DNA of 62,763 nucleotides from Microthyrium microscopicum (Eukaryota), in assembly GCA_010405405.1 (NCBI GenBank), contig MU004230.1:4482282-4545044 (forward strand), given 5' to 3'. The notes under the pieces are model-generated. The model was given only the letters and a program-made list of their open reading frames with translations. It did not search any database and was not told where the DNA came from. This document shows, piece by piece, positions 42,430-55,257 of this stretch (its first letter is position 1; every line of letters starts with the position of its first letter). A program made the translations under genes and the position numbers.

Positions 42430-43680
42430 AAGCGACATGGTTTCAATGGTATTGTTTTCATAATGGCCGGCGTCACAGGCGGGGAGTTCTCCTCTTCCGT
42501 ATACTTGTATGGGAATCGCTAGCCAAACTGTCTCTCTCATTAGTAAATTCAAGCCAACTCCGCTACACTAGTTGTATACCTCAATCGGTTGAGATCAACC
42601 AGCCGATTTGAATGGTGGCATTATTGTGATGGGCGGCAGTGAGGGTACCGAGATATCCCAAGCTGCATATTTGTATGGGTATTACTAGCAAAAAGGTTTC
42701 CCTCGATAGTAAATTTAGATCAACGCCGCCTAGTGAGGCTTTTACCGTAATGGACTAAACGAAGCAATCCGGATTCAATGGTGGCATTGTTGTGATGGGC
42801 GGCAGTGAGAGTACCGAGATATCCCAAGCTGCATATTTGTATGGGTATTACTAGCAAAAAGGTTTCCCTCGATAGTAAATTTAGATCAACGCCGCCCAGT
42901 AAGGCTTCAACCACAATCGAATAAACAAAGCAAGCCGGGTTCAATGGTGTCATTGTTGTGATGGGCGGCAGTGAGAGTACCGAGATATCCCAAGTTGTAT
43001 ATTTGAATGAGCATTACTAGCAAAAGTGTTTTTGTCAATAGAAAATTTGCAAGACTACCGCCTAGAAATATGACCACATCAATTGACTAGGCTCAGCGAG
43101 CCGATTTCAATGGTGTCCTTGTTGTGATGGGCGGCGTCGAAGATACCGAGATAGACTCAGCTGAACATTTGTGTGAGGATTACTAGCAAAACCTTCCACT
43201 AGATATTTGAAAATCTACTGAACAGTTGAGCATTAGTTATATAGCTTACACGATAGAACTCAGTGAGCCGGTCTTGTTGATGTACTTCTCAAGCTGGGCG
43301 GCCATGAGCAAGCGAAGGTAGACTAGATCGCAAATTTGTATGGAGATTGCTACCAAAAGCTTTCACTACTTCCAGAGAATTCGACGTAGCATTTGAGCAT
43401 TAGTTAAATACCTTGACATGGCCTACTCGACGAGCCGGATCTAATGGTATACTTCTCAAGCTGGGCGGAGTTGAAAGCACGTAAATACAGCGGGTCGTAA
43501 ATTTGGTAGCGAAAATGTCTACTCTTATTGAATAGCTCGTGGCATCAGCTCAGCACAAACTTAATACCTCTATCGAATCAGCTCATTGAGCCGGTCACAG
43601 TGATATTGTTTTCATGATGGGCGGACACGGATATGTAGATATAAAGGGGGTGGCGGATTGGTATGGCGCTACTTATGAGG
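42430..43680. repeat. Tandem array of 8 diverged 166-167-bp units
   Basis: TGGGCGG anchor at 42464 (as TGGCCGG), 42630, 42796, 42962, 43128, 43295, 43462 and 43618. Units 2-3 are nearly identical over ~120 bp. Confidence 0.9.
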
Positions 43681-45414
43681 CCAGGTGCCCAGGAACCTAA
43701 TAAGCCACCAAGACTCCAGACTAGTCAGCCCCCAGCACGAAGGTCATTTGTTCTATCCAAGATCTTTCATAATAAACTGCTTCTACCCCGAGAAAGGTAA
43801 AGAAGGTGGGTATGAGTTCGAGAGCTGGCGGAGCCTTGGTCGAACAACCGGCGGCAATCCGCCTACTCGGGTTATGACCAAGATGAGTTGTGAGTCAAGT
43901 CGCCACTACCGAAAAGTTCCAATGAAAGTTGACATTTTCCAGTCTTACTCTACCAAATTGTTAACATCTTCATGCTCAAAGCATTGTTTCCATCTCAGAC
44001 CGTGGTGTTGATGTCGAATACCTCAGTAGGGCGTTGAGGATCGGCCTCGTGGAGTCCACGTGGGCGTCGTGGCTGCCCCTTCCCATCATCCATGATCCGA
44101 TTCCAGCTGCTACGTCTTGCATCGAAAGTCGTCCATCTTTTCCGTCTATTTCTTGGATTTCTTGATAGCTCTGGCTGCGCTAGCTACTACAATGCCAGCA
44201 TAAATTGTGGCCCGGGTCTCCATCACTCGTCGTCTTGGGAGATTCTCTCCCAAACATCCGATGTTCAACCACAGACCCCGATAGTCAATGGCGATCGCCA
44301 TCTGCAGTGGTTGTTAATACATCACACAGTTGCCGTGGACACTGATTGTAAGCTTGGGAACGATGAAAATATGATTTGGCCTTGCTAACAGTTCTAGAAA
44401 GTTCCAGACTTCCTTTTCATCTCGATTCGCCGACCTTCTACCTGCCTTCCGCTACACCCTTGTTCGTTCTTGAGAGCCTAGAAAACCCCAGATACAGTGA
44501 CTCCCCAATGCCGTCGACTTCCATCACTGGCATGCATTACTCATTGGCTCTCTCCAGCCGAGTATTCGTACCTCCCAAGCGCTGCGGCCATAATTTGACT
44601 ACAATGACGGACAACACTTTGCGTCCGTGAAATCTGCTACTTTGGGCTTTGAAGAAGCAGACAGTGTTTAGGATACAGCAATGATTCTGGAGCTTCCAGA
44701 GTGAATGTGCCTATTTCACGCTCTGCAAAGCACATGTTCTTGACTGAAAAGCCAACTTGGTTGGTCGCCTATCACTCTCCTGTCTGGAGAGTGTTCTGCT
44801 GGCCTCACCCATCAGGCTTTCATCGTGTTATTTCCAAGCGGGCAAATCTTTCTGGCAGACTGCGACATTGAAGCGCTCTGCTGCCCATCGATTGCTCTAC
44901 TCTAGTACTCATTTTCAGCGGCCCTACGCTCTTTCAAAATTACCTGACAAGTGTTCTCCAGCCCAGCAAAGAACTTTCCGGTCACTTTGTCGCTCGTGCA
45001 TCTCAGAGGATCTACAAGTTGCGATGCACTTGCCTGGAGCCCCTTGGACAATGCTAGCGGAAATTTCCCTTTTACAGTCAGATCAAGGCGGACAAGAGGA
45101 GGCGCGATTCCGATCAAGGGTTTGTCGATCTGCATGGCAAGTCTTTCATTTATTGCCTTCTGTTATCTACCGGGGCATATCCCATCGGGATCTCAGAAAT
45201 AGCTTTGACGGTGGGCCATTTAGAATGTGCTGTGTGCATATTTCACCTGATTGGAGTGTGTCATCTGTTCTGGCCACGCGGCATGTGCCTACAACGCGGC
45301 GTATTGTGGGAAACAGGCACGAGAGGGAAACAGATCCAGCATTCAAGATTGTATTGTTCATCGCGGGACCAGAAATCTGGTAGACTTGGTCACATATCAA
45401 ACCAAGCTTGTTCC

Positions 45415-46059
45415 TCAGGCTATTTTCTCGTTCGGATCATCGGTCTCGATGTCGAGCTTATCGCTCAAGTCCACCTTGTCACGCTTCAATTCACCCAGCG
45501 ACTCCTCAGGCTTGTTATCAACGTCTTCATCCAAATTGAGAGCATACGAGGACTTTTCCCACTTCGCCAACCTTGCCTCCAGCTGCTCGACTGTCTCTTG
45601 AAGATTTCGAATCTTCACGTCCTTGACTTTGTCCTCGGCTGAGGATTTGATCTTGTCAGGGACTGAGTTGAGAAACTCGCTCAGCCATTTGACGTTGAAC
45701 TTGAGACCGCCATTCTCGGTTTGTAGGGAATCTAGTTGCTCTTGAAGGGTTTCGGTGGCTGCTCTCAGCTCTGATGCATGGCGTTAGTACAATTCATCTC
45801 ACTCCCAGCATGAACTTACTGGCATCAAAGTCTTGACGATAGAAGATCTCAAAAGGCAGAACAGCCTTGAGTAGCTCTTTCAGAGTATCGTGGTCGGGAA
45901 TGGTTTGCACGACGCGATCTAGGTCAGCTTGCGAGGCTTGGATGTTGGAGATCTATCAGTGGTCAGTACACAACAACGGATGCTTGACAATCAGAAGCTC
46001 ACATCAGAAATGTCAAGCTCGTGAGCCTCCGCATTATCAGCTTCCTTTAGCTTGTCCAT
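45415..46059 (-). CDS. Orphan coiled-coil protein ('LPFE' family paralog 1), ~181 aa, 3 exons
   Basis: Exons 46059-46003, 45952-45820 and 45770-45415 with GTGAGC/GTAAGT donors and CTGAT/CTAAC branch points give a continuous frame with heptad-rich sequence. Confidence 0.65.
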
Positions 46060-46717
46060 GATGAAAGCTAACGTTGGGTATAGAGATTTGACGGTTCGAA
46101 GAAATTGCTAAGAGATGGGGAGACTTGCTGTGTGGTGATTGTTTGCTCCGCTTCCAAGATTTTCCAGTGGCAGTCTAACGGATAGTCGCAGCGGCTGATC
46201 ATTTCACCGAAGATTTTTTGCGATTACGTCTGGCACCTGGATAAGAGTCATCAACGCAGACGTAGTCAAGGCAACAGGTCCACCTCTAAATTGTCATAAC
46301 AGGGAAAGTACGCAAAGCTGATCGTGCCAATATCTTGCACTGTGCAGCTGACCAGCAACCTCAAAAATAAGCCCAAGCATGCCAACCTCTAGAACAAATG
46401 ACATGGTACAGGAGGTGGCAAATCTACCTGTAATGAGACACAGTAGAATGCCTTTAGCTACGGCAAGCTCAGTACTGACGTGTTGAGCACAGGCAGAACA
46501 GCAATCCGGGAAGGTACATTGACTGAGCAATGTGACCAACATTCTGGTCAGGACACCGTGACACCGTGTCTACCTCCTCGAAATCGACAACTTCTTGTTC
46601 TTAAATGCTATCAATCTCAAAGCCTCAACTCTCGCCCATTTCCACAACTTGACCTGGTCGAATTTCGTCGCCAAAAGCCTTTACCATCAAAGAATCACTC
46701 AAATCAACCCGTCCAAT

Positions 46718-48928
46718 ATGGCCTCTGACCAGGTAAGCTTCTTTCGCGATGATTTGAGGTCCGGGATGGCCGCTATCCCTTGATATCTTCAGTTTGGAAA
46801 GTTTCACTCTTTGCGATGGCTACTGTCGCACTCGATGGTAGCCATAACATCAAATTTGTACGAGCCCAGAAGCCATCAGGTTGGAAGCCAACTGCATGGC
46901 AAAATAAATGTCGTACTCCCATCAACTCTGATGGCGCCCAGACGCTACGCTCTGTTATCGAGTGCTTTATTGACCATCAATGGCTTTCGGATTGGGAGCA
47001 TTTATCACGTACGATGGGAAGGAAAGCACCTTTTGGTTAGCAGCGCTGGTGGTAGCCATCAGAGTCGATGGGAGTACGCCATGTATTTTGTCATGCCGTT
47101 GGAAGCATCTCAAAGTCCGGGATTGCCATTTGCTCCTGTTCGGGCTTTACATTGGAAAGTTCCAGCGCGATCGATGTTTACCACCGCACTCGATGATCGT
47201 CCCAGCTATCCTGTGTCATTTGGAGAGAAGTGAAGTTCGCTGACTGGATGATTTACAGAATCGCAACAGACTGTCGCATAGAACATTATCACTGCCAAGT
47301 CATCCGGGCAAAAAGCGAGAAGATCTCAGATCGCCCCCTCTTCTTGAAGAACAATCACCGCTCAAGAAGCGTAAGAGTGGTGGTGAGTTCTATTTGTGGA
47401 AATGACTACCAAAGTTCTAATCCCCCTTCTCAGGCGCCACGAAAGGTACTCAAAAACTGCCGACTCCAGGGAACCCATCCGCTCCTCCCTCAGCTGTTAC
47501 TACAACCGCGCCTCCCTCCGTTGGTACCGCCACCGCTCCTGTTCCGGTTGTTACATTTACGTCTATTGATGATGCTATTATGCGCGATACTGAAGGAGAG
47601 AATTCGACACCAGCTGGATACACACCAGCTGAACTCAGCATTCCACCCTTCTCAGGTGCCACTGCCGCGTCTAGTGCCATCAACCCTGTCGCTACAGCAG
47701 GAACTGGTAGAGATACTGACATGTCCGGTACTGGAAGTGCCCTGCCAACAATCATTGCTCCTACCACTACCGGCAATACCGTGATGCCGAATGCGTCCAC
47801 GCAAGCATATGATGCAAGAGCAACGGAATTGACACTGCTTTCCGCGCAAAAGATGAGCCAAAGTACTACTTCATCTATCAGGCACATCTTGGGAAGCTCA
47901 GGTGCCCTGGTCCCTGAGCATCTCCTCAAAGAGAAAGCAATGGGTCTGAAGGTTACTCATGATGTTTCAAGCAACGCTCACGGTCAGCTTGAACGAGCCA
48001 AGAAGGAGCTGGCAGATTACAAGCGACTTCCGCTTTTGACTGTTGCTCAAGTGGCTCATTCTTTCCACGATCGACTTGATTCCGACGACACGCTTGCCGC
48101 TAACCCATCGAGTGATCCTGCTGAAGGGAGCCTTCCTAGAGCCGGTAACACACGTTCGACCGCTGGAGCCGACAATGCCACTCCATTGGGAAAGTCCTCT
48201 ACGGGCAAGGAACTAAGTGTCACTGTTACAAATGATAGGGCATGGAGCGCTCCTCGAACACCAAGCACACCCAAGACTCGTGAGCATTTCCAGTGTCTGG
48301 TTCTGTAGAACGTGGCTAACAAGTTCTAGCTAGCTTCCCGCGTGGTGGTAGTATGCGCCTACCCCGTAAGCCGAAGTCCCAACACAATTTGGCTGCAAGT
48401 GCTGCAAATATGACCCCTGGGCAACCTTCAAGCGCTGTGACTGCCCATGCAAGCAGTAGAACCACCACTCCTGGACAGCCACTGCCTGGTGGCGCTACAC
48501 GACCCGCAAATACTCCTGCCAGCCCGGCTCAGACTTGGAAGGACTTGCCTCCAATGCCAGCCAATATCCCTCATTATCCTCGAGCTGTCATGAACGTTCT
48601 TTCCCAGTACAACATTCAGGCGACCAAATTCATGAATGCGAGAAACAAGGGCTCAAAACACCCAAAGACTGAAGAAGATGCCAACATTACCTGCGGATAT
48701 GCCCATGCAGAGAAGGTGAAGACACAGGGCTGGAGTAAAGCTGCTCCCGGGAAAGAATACATCACTCGTTGTGATCTTTGCCGCGAAAAGAACCAGATTT
48801 GCGCACAACGTATCGGCCGTACCTGGTGGGTTAGAGCACACGAGAGTGGTAGTGGTAATGAAGGCGATGAAACCTTTTACGGCATTGATAAGCTCGAGAA
48901 GCCATACCAGGCACCGACCGGCAAGTAG
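46718..48928 (+). CDS. Orphan P/S/T-rich protein with a C-terminal Cys cluster (putative Zn-binding), ~527 aa, 4 exons
   Basis: Exons 46718-46732, 47259-47382, 47434-48279 and 48330-48928 splice in frame with canonical signals. C-terminus TCGYAH...RCDLCREKNQIC. Confidence 0.6.
46888..47102. mobile_element. MITE-like element, family 2 copy A (215 bp, 48-bp imperfect TIRs)
   Basis: 46888-46935 vs the reverse complement of 47055-47102 shows 5 mismatches in 48. AAG is present on both flanks. Confidence 0.75.
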
Positions 48929-49411
48929 GATTTGACAGTACAACTGTTGAATCTGGCAAGTCTAAAGCTTTGTTAGGGTAACTCTTGTCAGGCTTGGAAG
49001 GTCTCATGGTTGCTGTCCTTGTGTGGAAGTAACAGCTCGATCTCAAACTCACGGCCCGGGAAAGGATCTGCTTTTGTCTCATGTAGTAAATCGATCTTAT
49101 CTAGAAAGAATACCCTGCTTTTCGCTATTACTGTTGACCCAATGTCGGCACGTCGAGCCAGCGGTGTAGGCAATGCTTCTCATGTGTACATACCCAATAC
49201 AGGAGAAGTATCGTCTCTCTACCCTCATACTTCGTACTTGATCGACGAAAGGCGGAAGTGAAACTGAACGTTGTCCCGAATCGGGTATGAAAACCGCCCC
49301 TGGATGATATAACGCGGGTGGATTGGTCATCCATTGCTGTGTGTTGGATTCGGAAATTTGAAAGCTCGTTGAATGCACTTGGCTTTGAATTTTTAGCTGA
49401 GCAGGTTGCCG

Positions 49412-49491
49412 CTGCCTTTTGAGGCCATTGTCCCCACTGCCTTTTGGGGCCATCGTCCCCACTGCCTTTGGAGGCCATCGTCCCCACTGCC
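49412..49491. repeat. 25-bp minisatellite x3.2 (CTGCCTTTTGRGGCCATYGTCCCCA)
   Basis: Three near-identical tandem units seen directly. Confidence 0.9.
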
Positions 49492-49869
49492 CTGATTCTG
49501 ATCTTGGGTACCTTATATGGCTGGGTCATTCAAGCTAGTCCCAAGGTTTGTCTTTAAGAAAGAGCGACCCTGAGATGTTTAGCTGCCATCTTCGTGTCTG
49601 GAGATGCTTTAAGACCTCTGGACAGGTTAAAGACATGAACTGGAAAGAATGGCTAATTCAGACTTACCTTCTACGTCCTTTTGACAATATGTTGTCGCTC
49701 TTTCCTGGAAGGTTTCTCCCATTATCATCTCCTCTACCCCCGTCGCCGCTATAGTATGTTATTCGGACGATCGTGCTAGCCTGGTAGGGTCCCATAAACA
49801 TATCGAATCTAGGCAGTCGATTAGCCGATTTAGCTTAAAAACACCGAAAAACAGTATGGGGTGAAAGGG

Positions 49870-50065
49870 TCAACCGATGGACAAAATAACTGGCGTTCTC
49901 CCATCAGCGTCGATGGCTCCCACGAACGTTGTTAATTCAAACGTGTTATATTTCCCATCGCATTCGATAAATAATCGAAGTTTGAACGCACTCTATGGCA
50001 AATAAAGCACTCGATAGCGGATCGTCTTGTATGGGAGCGCGCCATTTATTTTGTCGACCCCTTGA
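49870..50065. mobile_element. MITE-like element, family 2 copy B (196 bp, opposite orientation to copy A)
   Basis: Arms GACAAAATAACTGGCGTTCTCCCAT / ATGGGAGCGCGCCATTTATTTTGTC. Internal TATCGAGTGCTTTATT is shared with copy A on the opposite strand. GGG is present on both flanks. Confidence 0.65.
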
Positions 50066-53000
50066 GGGTCCAAGAGCAACCACTTTCTGGGTTTGGTGTA
50101 TCTATGCCGCGGTGTGACTCCAGCGTGTTTCCTTGTCAAGTTCCTGTTGCCTCCGATCCGCTACTTGAGCCTCCTGTGAAAACGTCACTGCGCAGAATCT
50201 AGTCTGATGTTGTTGTCCCGCTGCTCTGTAATTGACTCGCGTATCCGTATGGTGTAAAACCGGTTAGGAGGACGTATGCTCAGCAATGATATTGTTATTG
50301 GTGAACTTGTAGTTGATTATGTTGCGTCGCAGAGTTACCACTCTTTCCATGTTTGATGTACAACGAGTGTCCCAACAAGCCCTGTACCGATGATCTTGTC
50401 AGCAATGATCTTCTATATACCTGGTGGGCAGTATTGGTTGCTCTTCCTCACTCCGAATTATTGTTGAACCATTCTAATGGATAAAGGGCAATTGGCCAGC
50501 AAGCTAGCAACTGACAGAGACCTGGCGAATACAGCACCAGCTCATCGAAGACCCTATTGACTATCCGGCAGCGATTGGAAGTCATAAGTCATGCCGCGGA
50601 CTATCACAATTTCACTTGCATTTTAGCAAGTGCAAAGGCTATGGATTTCATAACTGAACACAGTCGGGCCGCCTTCTTAGTAAATGGGGAGGTAGGTGCA
50701 ACGTAAATGCGACAGTACTCTTCATTTGGCTGCCTGATATGTCCACGATCTATCCGCCTAAGCTTTTGGACAGTCACATGTTGCCCCTGAGTATAGAACC
50801 GTTGGGCATTTCCTTCTCAAGCTCGCATCACTGCTCTGGAATTCTCTTTCGCCTCTATCTAACCTCTTGTGACCGTGCCTTCCAGCTAGTCCCCTTCAGA
50901 AGCTGTCTGTCAATTTACTGCTTGCGCCTGGCGCATAAATGAAAATCGATGAGGACGTCTCACTCCATCTCTTAGCTACTGTGTCATACCCGCAGAGTTC
51001 ATGCACGATTAGCTGCTTCCAGTCACTTGCACGGGCATTTCCGCTTTTCCAATTTCAGTTTCGTGTTGTATCTTTCCCTTGAATACCATCAAGTTGGGCT
51101 CCTAGTAGCCATCATCACAATCTTTGGCTGCCCATCTGAATTTACAGCAACCCTGCTGCACGAAATGGGTACATCGAATCTAGCTGTGCTGCTTATGAAT
51201 ATCTCCAAGGTTTGGTATCAACCATTTTGCGTCCTCCTCTATGTTCATGTTCTCGGCTGGGCATGGGGTTCAGCAAACCGACTTTGATTTAGTAAGTGGC
51301 TACCCCTTCATTGGTCCTTTCCCGCGGGTATGAGTAACAGTCCAAGGATCTGGCAATGCTGAGATGTTATGGGTGACTAAGCCACAACCGGTGGGTTGTC
51401 GGGGTGTGGAAGGATGTATGGCAATATGTTCTCAGAACATGCTCAATGTAGTGCTGGACTCGAGTGAGCACGGAAAGTCCGCAATCATTCTCTGCTTCGT
51501 TCGCATGGTTATAGCATGAGCGCTCTCTGAACTGTGATTTTTGGCACCATCAGCAGTTGCTTCGGCGACCGACTCAGTGCTCTGAATCGTGCTTACTTCG
51601 TCATTGCGGGTTACTGGTCTGCTCTGCCCGTCTCTTGCTTCATTTCAACCCATGAACGCAATCCGATACCGCGATGTGCAAACTTAGTATCGAGCTGGCG
51701 GCCGCGTGCCAATCTGGAGAGCTATGCAGAAAAGCGATTGGTGGTCTAAGCTGGCCTCGTACTATTTCTCTGTCCCGAGTAACACCGATCCGGCAACATA
51801 CTGTGCCTGGTCCGGTGACATTGTCGACAGTATTACGGCGAGTGCTAACGGAGAGTAAGCCCGCAAGCATTCACTTTCTGTGATTCTCTTCTGTTGCGTT
51901 GTTTGGGCGAGCAAGTGACCGGCCGTGGACAAGCATTCGCAGAGTGGGCGTTCAATCAAGAAATACCTTGACCTTTGCTATTTGCTCCAATTATACATGC
52001 TGCCCAGCTGGGTAGGACTTGCCGGTTTCGTTGCTACGTTGAGATTTCTGCTATTATGAGAAAACTACAAGGCACGTTGACGACTCCCATAAAGTGGGAA
52101 CAGTCCACTGGCCCGACTGCCGTAGCGCAGCTTCAGCGTAGAAGCACGGCCTCGGGGGTTACTATGAATGTAGGTTGGGCTCTGCGGTACTTTTGAGGCG
52201 TGGATAGCGGTCTTCTCAGCCAACAACAGTTAGAATTGAAGGAAATGAGGATGGTTCCCACAGCTCATCTGAGCCTGCAGCAACAGCTATGGCAATATCA
52301 AGATGGTAGCTGGACTTCGCTTGCAAGATCACGCTGTCCGGCTGGCGGATGTAGAGTAGCTTCATCAAAGATGATCCAGACCCTCTATACCGAAGAAGTG
52401 CGTTTTCGGTGGACAGATTTGGGTAGCATCTGCGTCTGAAGATAACCTCGCCAGCGGTTAACACTCATACCTGCACTATCTGGCGGCCACTGTGCTATTC
52501 CCATCTCATCGCCATCTCCTAACCTTCATCTATATTTGTTGTGTAGTCATCGCTGGGATCTCCGGATCGGTACTGCGCCAAGCTGATCGAATGGAAAGAA
52601 GTCCGTTATGTATCGTCTTGATAACTCGTCAGGTTTGGCTTTGCTAATCAAAGAAAGCATAAGATATACACCTACAATATGGTTATCTTGAGGATCACAG
52701 CGGCAACGTGGAGCTGTTTCCTAGGCACGTCTCTCGGTCCCTTGCTTGTTAAGATGTGAGGTGGATGTACAAGAACGGAGATACTCTAGGCAGTAAGGTA
52801 TTGGCTAGAGAGTGTAGCGGGTGTCGTATGGAAGGATTAGTCTTGTCAAGCTAGCTCGTGAATACATCCGCTCGAGGTTGCATGAGGGTCAACTCAGCCA
52901 GTGTTTAGGTACATAGTAGTTCGTACTCGACTTTCGAGATGCTACGCGTAAATACGGGGGGGCTGGGCCTTAAAAGGGGCCAGCCATCTGGCGTGTAGCG

Positions 53001-55257
53001 ACAATTCGGCTAAAGTTGCTCTGTTGACATACCCCTATTTTACTACGCCTTAGCATTCCCATGCTTCAGGAAACGGAACATGAGATAACCACTCTTCTAT
53101 AATAAACTAGAATAGGCTGCCGAGATAAGGAGCTGTCACTATAATCTACATGTCTGGGTCCTCTTCAAGGATTTCGCTTCTCACAACCTTTTGTCTATTC
53201 GTAAACAACATTATCACTAATATGGCTACCTGTTACTAACAACAGGTACCATTTCCCTCTTTCACATCTCTCCTCATCCACAACTTCAGTTCGTATGTTC
53301 CTAGTCAGATCTGCATCGCGCTGGTTCTCGTGAGTTTGCTCTGCTATTTACTTGTCTTATACCGAAGTTTTCACAACTTTAGTGTAGATTCTAAAGCGTT
53401 CAGGAATTACATGTTCCCGAGCCCGCCAAGTGTCGTATTACCTCGTAGTAGAGACTCATCGTACCTTCGTGCGAAGAGTAGCTCCTCGCACACTAGAGAC
53501 TTGAAAGTTGTAGCAGCTCACAACGGAGGAGAGCTTCAGGCGACAATCCATACAGCGGCTATAACACCTTTCCGCCCTCCAATACCATTAGTTGCAGGAA
53601 AGGCATCTACATTGCTTGACTTTCATCAAGTTGAAAAGCATAAGACCTGTTCAGCTGCAGACCGCTAGAGGTGGAAGCCAGAAGTCCGCCTATTGTTTTT
53701 GTTGAGGCGGCGTTGGAAGTCATAGGGCTGGTCGTCTTTGGCTGGATATGAAAGTTCCTTCAGACAGTGGCTTACTGGAGAATTTCTCAAATACATTAAT
53801 TTCGACACACCAGCCATGATTTGAAATGCCCAGGGTGCGTGAGAGCCAGATCCTCATCCTCCCTTTCAGAGCCTAGATGGTGTAAACAAAATGTAAAGCG
53901 AAGCCTCGTGGTATCGTTGTCCATTTCTCGATCGCTGTTGGATTCAGGTATTGGCCCACCACCGCCACACGAGTCGCAGGACATCAATACGTTGCTTGCC
54001 CTGTGTGAGTTTTTGAATATGCCTGGACATGTTTACAACTAAGGCGCTACTAAGCTATATCGTCTGATACATGAAAGCTTAGAGTAGCACCCTCGCTTAC
54101 TGTACGCACTGCAGTGTCCAAATTAGTCATGGATACTATGTCGTAGCACTTGCTATCACCCTTGTTGCGTCCTACAGATTCCCTGTAATAGATGCATAGC
54201 TAAGATCAGGGCCATTTTAGCTGTTGCTGAGGCAGTCTTGAGCAATGCTTACAGCATTGTTGTCAGTATGCGAGAGCAATTGTGTTCATAGCTTACTGTT
54301 GTTTACCTCATATACTGTAGATTATCAAATTGAAAACGTTGGATGGAGCTCCAGGACAATACCGGTACTGAAAAGAGCATCAGGCTGACCGAATTATTGC
54401 TGCTATGGATGTCGAACAAGACTCAGTGGGTTGGTATATCAGAGTCAGTTTCTCCTTCGGACTGCGCGGTTGAGCTTTGTTTCATTCTTCATAAAAAGCC
54501 GGCTATAAATCCGGCAATTCCTTGGCCATGGCCTTGAAGCGGAGCCATCGACAAGAAGAGCCATAGTCAACCGATAAGTCTCAAAGCCCTCAACCCACAG
54601 CTACAGAAAATTGCCGCTACATCCATGGCTCCAGTCTGAAAAGAACGGACAAATGTGGTCATTGGTTCAGTATGCTATGAAACATACCGTGCAAAACCTC
54701 TGCGTCAATATCCTCGACGGCTGATTCTAGTTGAAATCAAAGCGACATACGGACAGACTACTCCGTACTGTACATTTCAGTACTGGCACTACTGTCACTG
54801 ATACTGCTGCCACTAGCACTGGCGCTGCCAACACCGAAACTGCGGACACCGGAACTGCTGCACCGGCATCTGAGGAACAACTAGCGATGGAGGCGTTGTC
54901 AATAATGGTAAATAGCCGCAGAGCAGTCCGTAGAATGCCGGATCCATATTGCAATTATAGCTCGGACGAAGTTGAAGGCTCATGGCATAACCATTGACGA
55001 CCGGAATTGGCCAGATAGAGAGAGGCCTTCCAGGACTTTTGAGCTAGCGATGATAGCTTGCAAGTCGTGTTTGACTCACACATACACTATGCAAATGATC
55101 TGACTTGACATTGACCAGCTTTCACTGCAAGCCTAGCCATTAGAAGACGCGGAATTTCCCTGTTCAAACACAGCATACTTTTGATTTCTACACGGGAGAT
55201 ATCACTACAACACCATATCTGTCACAGAGCCCAGTAGTTAACAGCTCGTTCGATGAT

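Noticed and set aside
42430..43680. CRISPR, tRNA or 5S rRNA interpretation of the 166-bp array
   Set aside because: Eukaryotic context with no cas genes. The units are too long and degenerate, with no cloverleaf, exact B-box or 5S sequence match.
52955..52990. GC-rich imperfect hairpin resembling a Helitron 3' end
   Set aside because: No correctly placed CTRR terminus and no Rep/helicase sequence nearby.
50100..55200. Numerous short ORFs, including a T/A-rich stretch at 54731-54997
   Set aside because: No recognisable motifs or consistent splice model. They may be decayed genes, but this cannot be supported.
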